Positions 42,337 through 53,656 of a stretch of DNA of 64,000 nt are shown one piece after another (the stretch's first letter is position 1; each line of letters starts with the position of its first letter). The DNA lies in the NCBI GenBank assembly GCA_964247055.1, contig OZ176053.1, positions 3,224,001 to 3,288,000 of the forward strand. Direction: 5' to 3'. Source of the DNA: Paragordius varius. Taxonomy: Eukaryota > Animalia > Nematomorpha. The notes under the pieces were generated by a model. That model searched no databases. It had not been told where the DNA came from and worked only from the letters and a program-made list of their open reading frames with translations. A program made the translations under genes and the position numbers.

Positions 42337-42591
42337 TCAAAAGATAGAGTTTAAAACGCTTTATTAAATGATATTAAGTTTAAAATATAATAACATTTTA
42401 TTATAAAGTTATATTTAATTTTCTCTCGATTTTCTCTTGTTTTTGAAAAATTGAAAAACCTATAATATTTCAAAATTCTGATTGGCGGGATCAAAAATTT
42501 TTAAAATTCGGTTTTAAAATACTGAAATTAGTCATAATTTAAAAGTTTGAGTGGTGGTGCTCAAAAATGTCCAAATTTGTCGACTAGTGTA
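42337..42591 (-). mobile_element. Tc1/mariner-type end fragment
   Basis: Near-identical reverse complement of 63748-64000; terminus TA-CACTAGTCGACAAATTTGGACA. Confidence 0.85.
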
Positions 42592-42698
42592 ATTGATTTG
42601 ATCTAAGTACAATCGGTTGCCCTCTCCGGGAATTAAGTTGTCTGTTTTCTCTTTCACCAACTGAAATTGGTCTTAAATCTTTAAATAATCAGTATATA

Positions 42699-43456
42699 CA
42701 CAGTGCGCACAAAAAATAAACAAACATGAGTTTTATCTAGAATAGAAATCCCTTGGAAAATGAGGCCCCAAAAATTTAAAGGCAAAAATGCGCCCCAAAA
42801 TGAAAATCTTCCATTTTTCATTTATGACTAGATATAGATTTTTGTCCATATTTTTTTAACTTATTTAGCAAATACGATAAAACATTTATATATTATATTA
42901 AACCTAATCGCATTTGAAAATTGCGGCTTTATGTTGTTATGAAACAATGAGAAGCATGTGAGGAAAATAAAATAAAAATAACGAAAATATTCCGAAAATA
43001 CAAATTTTTTGAGGGACTTATTAAGATACATAGCCTTTATTAGACATACCAACTCTTTGGTATGTTTAATATAAGTCATAAACCTAAATAATAATAAGAA
43101 TATGGAGTTTTTACAAATAATTTCTTTTAAACATATTCGACAATGTCATAAAATCTACGAATTTCTATTTTTGTGAAATTAAAAAATTTATTGTTACTTT
43201 AAAATAATTTTATATATTTTTCTTAAGAATATATTTGGTTTTATATAATTTATAAAAGTTTTATTGTGTTTGCTCAATAAGTTTAAAAATTATGGAAAAA
43301 AAATCTATTTCTAGTCAAAAATGAAAAAATGGGAGATTTCCATTTTGGGGCGCGTTTTTGCCCCAAAATGGTTGGGGTCCCATTTTCCAAGAGTTTCTTA
43401 TTATTCTAGATGAAACTCATCGTTTGTCTGTTTAGCCCCCTTTTATGCACACAGTG
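42699..43456. mobile_element. Transib-like non-autonomous element (MITE), 758 bp
   Basis: Termini are CACAGTG (left) and CACTGTG (right, read inward). Exact 5-bp flanking duplication ATATA (42694-98 / 43457-61). Imperfect inverted arms of about 200 bp. Confidence 0.75.
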
Positions 43457-43481
43457 ATATACAAACTCCTAACTGACAGTG

Positions 43482-43553
43482 TTTACCCGTGTTCATTATG
43501 TGTGGCTGATGAGTCCACAAGACGAAACGCGTCTCACACTATGACACGGTAAA
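43482..43553 (+). ncRNA. Type I hammerhead ribozyme motif
   Basis: Core CTGATGA (43506-12); stem II GTC/GAC with CACAA loop; GAAA (43524-27); palindromic stem III ACGCGT; GTC cleavage triplet (43531-33). Stem I GTGTGG/TCACAC is extended by TTTACC(C)GTGT(T)CAT / ATGACACGGTAAA. Confidence 0.88.
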
Positions 43554-44394
43554 TATGCCCTCTTTAAATTTTCGTTTCATACATCCACCTATTGATTGAT
43601 AGGAAGTATACTATGACTTCTAAATGCAAAGTTAGGCTAAGATAATAAAATCCATAACGTTTTATATTTAATATAAAGATGGCGTTTTTTATTGTTTACT
43701 GGTGTTCTTTGTTACAATAAAAATATCTCATTTGCAATAATATATTCATATAGCGTAAAATATTTATGTTTTATAATGTAGTGTGAATGACAATTATCAT
43801 ATTTTAATTTTTATGATGAAATGGGTTCATGTAAATTTTAATATTATTGAGTTAAAGGAAGAAAGAGCAAAAAATGCAATTTTTTCACTATCCATTAATT
43901 TTTTAGCCATAATAATATTGTTTGTTTCTTTATTTATTTCTTGCAGTATTAAAAAGGAGGGAAAAAAAGAAACCCGATCAAATGGACATAAATGATATAA
44001 TTAGAAAATTTGCTCACGCAAAATCGAGAAAACGTAATTTTAAAACATGATTTTCTGATTAATACATGCGCTTAATAAGTTATTTATACGTTATGATTAA
44101 TGGAATTGACGGTGGTTATGGTGGGCGACGGGGTGTTAACCATCACATATACCAGGAACGCAAAACATTTAGACTCAGGATGCCAAGTCATGTAAATATT
44201 ATCATTTTTAAATATAATATTTCTTTACGAATCTAAGTGATTCGCCAGGTGAAAAGATAACAAACGATTTTTTGGAGGGAAGGGGGTGCATGATTTAAAT
44301 CTTGCGGGTAGGCCCACAATATATAGTTCCGCCACTGCCCCCTCTACTAAAATATTTGTTTTTTGAGGGATAATAAATATTTAGGCTCTCATTG

Positions 44395-45440
44395 AACCAT
44401 AGTCTTATAAGTTTTCTGAAATTTGGCTCCAAAGGCATGTTGTATTATGGTGACACAGTTTTACGCGGGTAGCCCCCAAACAAGGCTGATATAAACGTTC
44501 GATAAAATTTTTGCCTTTATAGGGGAATACCTGGAATCATCATTTAATCCATATGTTCTGAATAATTTTTGGGAGAATGGCTTCAAAACTAAATAATAGT
44601 CAATGATAGCGCATTTAGGGCTTAAAGGGCCTAATTAACGGCTAATTAAACAACCCCTCGACGTAAATTTTTGCCTTTTTACGGGTAATATGCCAGGCCC
44701 TTATTAACTTAGATGGCCTGATAAGTTTTCTGAAAATTAACTCCTAAACATGCAATTTCGATATGGTGGCGTATAGGCTGATACAAAAAAAAGCGCTTGA
44801 TTAAAATTTTTGCCTTTTTACGGAGAATGCCTGGAATGATTGATTCCATATACTCTCCTTAGCTTTAAGGAAAAATTCTGAAAAATTATTCTATGGTGGC
44901 GCATTTTTCAATGCGAGAAGGGCCTAATTAACGGCTAATTTTAAAAAATTGCAAGACCTAAATTTTTGCCTTGTTACGGATAACATTTTAAGTACCTATT
45001 GAACTCATATGGCCTAATAGTGAAATTTAGCCCCAAGCACGCCATTTCGATATGACGGGGCAGTCTTTAGAGGGTATCTCCTTACCCAGCAGCCAATATA
45101 AAAAAACGCACGACTAAAATTTTTGTCTTTTAACAGGGAATACCTGGAATCCTCATCGAATTTTTATTGTCTCATACCTTGGGGCAAAAATTCATTCAAA
45201 AATTATATTTGTGGACTTTTTTTTGAAAAAAATGGCATTTTACGGGTCAGGGCGGTTGAAAAGAGGGCCTAAATTAAAAAAGCGAGACGAATATGTTCGG
45301 CGCAATCGAAAATATGTAAAAAAATCATATTTGAAATAGAATGGTCCAACATGTTTTCCGGAAAATTGTCTCAAAGACACGATTTTTGTGGACTTCTCTT
45401 TTAAAAAAACCGTGCTTTACACGGGATAAAACCGGGGGCC
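44395..45440. repeat. Degenerate tandem array, ~300-bp units with ~150-bp subunits
   Basis: Recurring AAATTTTTGCCTTTTTACGG, GGAATACCTGGAAT and GGGCCTAATTAACGGCTAATT; about 3.5 units; related sequence at 40520-40910. Confidence 0.8.
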
Positions 45441-47512
45441 TAATTTAAAAAAGGTCGAAGCTATTGTCGGGGCATTCATTAATAATTATATTTTTTCGGC
45501 GTTTAGATTTGAATGATCTACCGGTTTTCCGGAAACACATCACAAAGCCAGCATTTCCCATTTTTATAAATATATAGGTTTCCCGATTTCGGGCAGTGTA
45601 TAAAGCCTCCTTTCTAGGAAAAATGAATGTCACAATCTTTACTTGTTAAATATAATAACATAAAGGGGTGGACAAGTAAAACAAAATTTTAATTTAATCT
45701 TTTTACGAATTAATATATAATGATCCAGATAAAGGTTTAATTTCGACCTATTTCTGTAAATATTATATATAATTTAATTATATATTTCAATTTAAGTTAG
45801 GTCTGACCAGGTGTGAAAGCGTATCATCAAAGAGCATTTATAACTGTGGCTGTTTATATAATAATTAGTCAAAAATTTTATGCATATGTTCATTTTACTC
45901 AATAATTAAAAAATAATAAATATGTCAAATTTTGTAATTTTATATTTTGTGAATATTAACCCCAATTGGCTAACTTTATTTGTTTATTTTTAAATATTTT
46001 TAAATTTATGGCAAGTATAATTGTTATAAGCGATCCAACAGGTTATTATTTTGTTTTACGATGAAAAACCCAACCCTACCATAAAAAGGAAATCAAAGTG
46101 CTTTTAACAAATAATTCTTCAAAAAATTTTACTCTGCGATACAATATTGAAAAATTTAAATAATTGGATCTTTTCTTTTATTTTTATTAAACTTACGGAA
46201 TTCCTCTCTTAGGAAATCCTATGACCCAAATTTCTCATACTATCCTATATAATATTGGTAACTTTTGAAGAATGTCAGTATTATCACACGTCATCCACAA
46301 GTTTATAAAATGGAACTATAATTACTTTTTGATCGATGAATCCCAACTATGTATTTGAGTAATACCTAAAAAAAATTGTTTATACCTACAATTTGTCATT
46401 TGTTCATACTGTGTGCCACATTAGGTGTCCATTTATTAGCCACAGTTAATTTTCTTTTAAATGGTATAAAGGCCCTAATATGTGTAAGCCTTTGCGATTG
46501 ATGTTAGCTATATGATTTAGTATCATTAACTTAAATTGAGCCCAAATTTAAAGCTAAATATTGATGGTTTAGATTTAAATCACATAATATTTTATATGGA
46601 ACATATTGATTTTAAAGTGATTTTTTAGGTTAATTGTAAAAAATAGCATGTTTGGTATTTTTTAAATATGCGGTAAAAGTACTTGGATAATGTTTACATT
46701 GCAAATTTTCCATACTCAAAATGTTAAAAAAATATGCAGGCACAAGCATAGGGGTCGGGCAATACACAATGGGTTATTCATATTGTTTTAATCTTTTTTA
46801 TTCTGTTTATAAATGGATGCATAATATAAATTTTAAAAATGGCCAAGATAATCAATTTTGGCCTAATAAACTCCACTGTACTGTGGAATAGCTTTTGAAC
46901 TTTTCGCGTTTTAAACTCAGAATCTTTTTAAATATCTGAATAGTAAATTACATGATGATCAATTTCTGGAAATTCCGTATGTAAAAAAAATATGTATTAG
47001 TATGGCCGATTTATTACAACATTAAAAAAGGTATTTTGTAACATAATACATTATAATAATAAATTATTAGACTATCTCGAAAAAAACTTTCATACGTATA
47101 TAATGTGTTTTAGCTAATAAAAATTTTTTTACTGGATGCCCCGAATACAAATCGATGGCATCAGAGAGATTATAAGCTTATAAAAATAAATTATATTCCT
47201 TTTTATATGGTAAACTAAATTATTATTAAATTTTATATTTTAAATTCCTTTTTACAAAAAGAGAGGTTTACTTCTTATGATTAATTGTGTAAAATGACAT
47301 ATCATATATTTTTAAAGGAAAATGCCCATATTAATTATTAATTACGTGCAGCAACTGACTATGAATAGAACTAAATATCGGTTATTTAACTTGTAGTGGT
47401 AGAATTTTATTTGATAAACCGTTTTAATAAAATTACATGGTTTTGGCAAATAAATTTTTATCAACTTAGTTAGATATTTCGATGGGGTATAGTAATGTTA
47501 TTTATATAATAA

Positions 47513-48784
47513 CACTGTGTGCAAAAAAGAGGGTCATTTTGATTTAACAAAATTTTTTTTTCATGAGATAGCACTTGTGACCAGTGTATTCATTTGCCGC
47601 AAAAAATTTTATTTGTTGACATCTTAGTTTTTGAAATACGGAGAGAAAATCGAAACCAGGCAAAAAGTGAAAATTAAGGGTAATTAAGGATAATTCAAAA
47701 AATAATGATAAAATTTGAAATATTATGGTTTATTATCATTTTAGGAGATATTTTCAATATATAAATAGCCTAAAATCATATAGTTTGGGTTTTTATAAAA
47801 TTTCAGGTCAAAAGATGGCATTTTTCTTTTTTCACACTTAAAAGACAAAATAAATTTAATGAAACTATAATAAAATAATTTTTTTTAATTATTTACTACC
47901 TAAAATCATTATTAAAATCTTAACACTCATATTTTATTCAGTAAAATAAACTTCTATATCAAAATACCAAAAATATTGTTTTTTATTTTTGCATTTTTTT
48001 GTCATCTGGTTTATAGTGTATAAAAAATTTATACTGTTTTATTTTGGATTCTCACATGATTAGGAATTATTAAGTATATGGTTTATGCAAAATAGGATTT
48101 AAAATTAGTGGAATATCAACCAAAAAATTCTTACAATTTCCTATAAGAAGTCTGTTTTATGAAAAATTAATATTTGTATTGTGATTTGTACGGATTGTTG
48201 GTTGATATTCAACTAATTTTTGTTCATAAATTATATACTTATTAATTCCTATTCATGTGAGAATCCAAAATAAAACATAATATATTTTTATACACTCATA
48301 AACCAGATGACAAAAAAATACAAAAATAAAAAACAATATTTTTGGTTTTATTTTGATATAGAAGTTTATTTACTGAATAATATATGAATGTTAAGATTTT
48401 AATAGTGAATTTAGGTAGTAAATAATAAAAAATATGATTTTGATATGGTTTCATTAAATTTATTATGTGTTTTAAGTGTGATAAAAGAAAAACGCCATTT
48501 GACCTGAAATTTTATAGAAACCCTAACTATATGATTTTAGGCTATTTATATATTAAAAATATCTCTTAAAATGATAATAAACCATAATATTTCAAATTTT
48601 ATCATTATTTTTTGAATTATCCTTAATTATCCTTAATTTTCACTTTTTGCCCGATTTTGATTTTCTCTCAATATTTCAAAAACTAGGTTGTCAACAAATA
48701 AAATTTTTTGCGGCAAATGAATACGCTGGTGATAAGCTATCTAGAAAAAAAAATTTTTCGTTAAAAATTTTTTTGCACACAGTG
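47513..48784. mobile_element. Long foldback element (about 1.27 kb) with CACTGTGTGCAAAAA termini
   Basis: Arms ~47513-48140 and ~48185-48784 are imperfect reverse complements along their whole length, e.g. CATTTGCCGCAAAAAATTTTATTTGTTGACA vs TGTCAACAAATAAAATTTTTTGCGGCAAATG. There is no exact TSD (AATAA vs ATAAT). Confidence 0.9.
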
Positions 48785-49264
48785 ATAATACAAACTAGAG
48801 CACTGCATTTCTATTTTATTTTAGCCTAATAATTTTTTACAAATGTGAATATCTCATAGCCTAATATCGACTCTTGGCAATATGTTTGTGAACGTTCTCC
48901 ATTTCAATTGTGCCACAAGCGTTTAGGGATTTACAAGGAACTTATTTACTCACCATATTTAAAAATAAAAAAGAAAATTGAGGTTAGGTTAAGGCCAACT
49001 TCAAGGAAAAATTAACATAAAAGCAAAAACGGGTTAATTCTAGATCAGAATGTCCAACGCGTGGCCCTCTTAACAATATGTGGTCGCCAAAAATTTGGAA
49101 ATTCATAATTTGCAATTTGCTGACAAAATTTTATTAAAATTGATATGTAAAAAAATTTTCTGGATAAGATATATAATTGACAACGAACTAAAAAAAATGT
49201 TATATTGTGTTTTTTTACCGTGTTGTGTTTGATATCGAATAAAATATTTATTACTGCTTATATA

Positions 49265-49530
49265 TACCATATACAATTCGAATTCACCCTCGAACAATTC
49301 AAATTCACCCTAAAAATAAATTATGTGTTTTCGGGGCAATATAACTCATCATTAATATGAAATATGTTTTTACGACATAGTTTATTATTTTTTCAGCATT
49401 ATATTAATTTTAAACAGATTTTCATATTTTAAAAATATTATAAAATAAGGGTAATAATTAATCTTAAAACACATAATTCATTTTAGGGAGAATTTCAATC
49501 GTTCGAGGATGAATTTGAACTGTAAATGGA
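49265..49530. mobile_element. MITE, 'TACCATTTACAC' family
   Basis: Same termini, 21-bp repeats and core (TAATATAACTCAT, GGTAAT..TTAATCTTAA). Confidence 0.85.
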
Positions 49531-49797
49531 ATATACCGATTGCAGCCCACGAAGCCATTTCTGTTGGACACCCTGATCTTGATTTTAGTAATGGCAGTGA
49601 TATAGGATACATCCAAAACCCGATTATTTCTCCCCATTCTTAACCAAAAAAAACATTTGTCAAACATTTATATATGTTAAAATTTAAAAATATTATTCAC
49701 AATAGTCAAATTTTTCATTCTGATATACAATGAATCTAACATTTTAGAAAAAATAAATAATATCTCCTTGTATCAATCACATTCTCATCTTTTATTT

Positions 49798-52046
49798 CTA
49801 TTTTTTATTTGAAATACATGGCTTTAATTCAAAATTGTTTGATAGACTTTGGGTTGTAGGTTCCCATACAGTTTTGGTAGTTGTGGCATTCGATTCGTAG
49901 GATATTATATGTTTGCGGGTATGCGTTATCAAATTTGAAGATTGGCTAAAAGCCTTATTACATATCCGACAAATGTGTGGTTTTTCACCTATATGCGCGA
50001 CATAATGTTATAGATCAAGATATATTTATTTCCCATTATTAAAGATATAAAATTATGGTATATCCAATTACCCTTAAACAATTCAAATTCACCCTAAAAA
50101 TAAATTATATGTTTTCGAGCTAATATAACTCATAATCAATGTGCAATATGCTTTATGGCATAGTTTAATATTTTTTCAGTATTATTTTAATTTTAAATTT
50201 TTTTAAAAATATAAGAAAGTAGAGGTAATTTTTAATCTAAAAAACATATAATTTATTTTAAGATGAATTTGAAGTGTTCAATGGTGAATTTGAGGTAAAT
50301 GGTATATATTTATCCCTTAAATTTTATAATACAGCTTGCTCAAAAATCTATGATCCAATCAAGAAATTTTAAAAACAAATGTATTAGCTTTTTATATTAC
50401 ATATTGAGCCGAAATCAAATTAAAATTTGGCAAAATTATGTTAAAAGTGCTATTTTAGGCTAAATCACGTTTTTTACCCAAAATGTAAAATATTGAAACT
50501 TAATTAACAGTATAAAATTGCTAAATTGATGTTAGATAAATAATTTAAAACAACTCTACCAAGCAAAATTATACTTGGTATATGCGTTTTTTCGTATACT
50601 AATTATAATTGACTATGATAGTTTCTGCAATTTAAATTCGGGTTCATAATAATCTCGATGGATTTTAGTTGAAAATAAAAACTTATATATAAATTTCCCT
50701 AACGCCAAACACTAATAACCCTTAAGGGACTTCATTTTTAACCGGGTAAAAAGGCTATTTTTTTACTATAATTTCTACCTGTGTGAGTATAAATATGTTT
50801 TTTCAGATCAGATTTTTGATGAAACTTTTTCCCACAAAATTCACAGGAATAGGGACGAATGTTACTATGTATTAATAGGTGTGTACTCAATGTCGAAGGT
50901 CTCTTGAATGTTTTACTGCATTGCGGACATACATGCAAACTGTTTGAACTTACACCCATCATACCATTAATCGACTTGGTTTTTTTATCATTGCTATTCA
51001 TATTTGTTTTGTCAAAGGTAGAATGACCGAAATGGCTATAATTTTTATTTTTGGCTGTAATATTTGTCATCATATGTTTTAGCCAACAATCTTGTAAGAA
51101 TAAATTATTTGAGTCTTGCGTGTAATACCATGAAATTAACTCATTTCCAATAACGTTATTTTTGATCAAATCTTTCAAATAATTATTGTCAATCATTTTA
51201 TTATTTTTATCAAATGCTTGATTCAGACATGGTAATAAGGAAGAAAAATTTTGTCCATAATGTATGCTCATAAAAGTAGTGTAATACTTATATAAGGTTA
51301 GTAAATCTAAATTTTTCGAAACTTGATAATTCATGATATTATTTTCATCAGAAGATGTTGGAATGATGAATGCATCTGGTATAAGATTATTAGTTATTTC
51401 TGAACCCAAATTATAAAAATAAATATTTATAACAAATAATTTTATAGTTAATTTTATTCAAAAAAAATTAAAAAAACTATACACACTTATATTCATATAT
51501 CTTGTTAAGCCACTTAAACTCAAACTCTACGGTTTGGGTTGTATGGATAAATTGTTATAACAATAGGGAAAATATAGGCTAACAAACTAATCTCAATATT
51601 TCCCTTAAAATGGGTCATTTCTCATAAAAATAAAAAAATATAGTTATAGTGCTTTAAATTATAAAAAATGAAATATTTTTTTGATAAAGTTGGCAAATAA
51701 TTAAATTCTACTATTGTTTCTAAGTAACTTCTAAAAAAATATTTTATATTATCATTAGACTCTTTCTTTTAATCGGAGACTTTTGACCCAATCAAACAAC
51801 CAAATTAACATCAATAATATTGTGAAAAGCAACGCCTATTTAACCGTTTTCTGCAATTAACCAATTATTAAAATATTTTTGAAAAATACTCATACCATAT
51901 TGAGGATTTATGTGTAAAGTTTTGTTTTGCATCAAATTTTGAGCTTGAAGGATTGGAGAAGGAGTATCGATAATATCACAAATACGGAATGAAGTTACTT
52001 TTCTATTCCTATTATTATCATCGTTGGTTTTGGAAGGGAAAAACAT
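49798..52046 (-). CDS. gfi1: Gfi1/senseless/PAG-3 family C2H2 zinc-finger transcription factor, 3 exons, about 337 aa
   Basis: Exons (minus): 52046-51845, 51399-50779, 49988-49798 (TAG). Three fingers: [77 protein letters not shown]. These match the diagnostic Gfi1 fingers 3-5 ([28 protein letters not shown]). Confidence 0.92.
50061..50304. mobile_element. MITE, 'TACCATTTACAC' family (gfi1 intron 2)
   Basis: Same repeats and core; right end GTAAATGGTA. Confidence 0.85.
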
Positions 52047-53656
52047 TTTTTATTTCAGTTAAAAAAAATTTTAAAATTTTATATTAAGATTTGAATGTAA
52101 GATTTATTTTGTTAATAATCTTATAATGATATATAAATATTCTTGAAAGCACACGAAAAGCAAAAAAATGTGATGATAGCTTTATAATTGTCATTAAATT
52201 TGGACGTGATTGACGTCTGTTCCATTGATTTAATAGTAGAAAATATTTTTTTACAAAAGTTCAAATTTCATCCTTGTAGTAGATTTTGGTACGATTTTTA
52301 TAAAATTAAAAAATGTACTCAATAGCTTTAATACGCTAAAGGTGAATTCTATTATATTTCTTTATTGGGTAATCAAAGGAAACGGATATTCAGAATCCTC
52401 ATATTGACTAAATGTTAGATGTCTTCCTTTTAATTATATTTAAAATTTTTAATTATACCTTAATACTTTTAGCGTAATTTCTTAATTTTTCACTTTAGTT
52501 ATGATAAAAACAGCTAATTAAGAATTCGAAATCCATAATAATTTCGATTCCTGCATAAATTATTATATAATTTAGGAGAAAAATTATTTTTTTAGATTAA
52601 TTCTCTCAACAACAAATAATATGTTTTGACTAAAACAAAATTATTATTTTATATAATTTTTTTAAAGTGTGCTTGTGCCTGCTTCCTAGAAACATAAAAT
52701 TTTCCCAGGCATTATCTATCTATCTGTCGTTGTCTCAAATTAATTATCCCCTTTTTTGTTTTGAAAGCGAGAGATTTTACAGTGTCCAAAATAAAAAGTT
52801 AGAATCCTTCAACAATCACATAAAAAAGGAGCAAAAAACAGTCATAAAATTATTGTTGTTATAATTAACATTATTATTTTGTAATAAAAATGGAAGCAGC
52901 ATTCATTACTTACTTGCTTACTTACTAAATCTCGGGAGAATTAGTTTTTTTTTTTTGAAAAAAAAGTTCCATTATAATTTTATTATCATACTTACTATAT
53001 ATATGTATATGCTTGTGTTCAATGTTTCAGTTTTTTAGCTTGGGAAAAAATGGTATATGACATATTACGTTTGTTAATAACCATGCCTTTTTTGATTTTT
53101 AGTTTTTTATTAGAGATGTATCCAATTTTATTGAAATCGTATAATTGATATTTGGCATCAAATTTATAGATTTTATTTTCCTGAGTTTTTAATTATTTTT
53201 TCTGGCTATCAAAAATTGTATATTCTTTTACGCTATAAAATTTGCAAAATAAATATAGCAGCAATAAAAATTATTTGTCATTTATTTTTTGAAAAAATTG
53301 ATGAAAAATCAATCGTTTTTAAATTGCGAAGCACACTGACAAACTGATTTACCATATATCAATCGAAAATTTTTTAGTTATTAAAATAAATAGTAAAATT
53401 AAAAAAATAAATAGTCAAAGCTTCCATGCAAATAATTTTAAAATTAATTAATTATGTGCTAAAATTCCAAAAAAATAATTAGCAGGTGGTTGGAGCGCTC
53501 AATATTATATAGAAATCTTTGACTTTTTCTCCATAATTAAAGAGCCATCTGTCGGCAATATTTGGGAGTTTGCTCTTTTCTCAGCGGTGCAGATAGAGTA
53601 TATATAAATTGACGGTTTTTTTCATTGAATATTTTATAAATCTATATTTGTTAAAA

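Larger units (their letters stand above)
40945..44337 (+). mobile_element. Degenerate hAT-type DNA transposon carrying nested insertions
   Basis: 14-bp TIRs CAGTGGCGAAACTA / TAGTTCCGCCACTG (1 mismatch). Flanking 8-mers CTCCCTAT / CCCCCTCT (6/8, a decayed 8-bp TSD). Peptide MDINDIIRKFAHAKSRKRNF* (43982-44050) resembles the C-terminus of hAT transposases. Confidence 0.7.
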
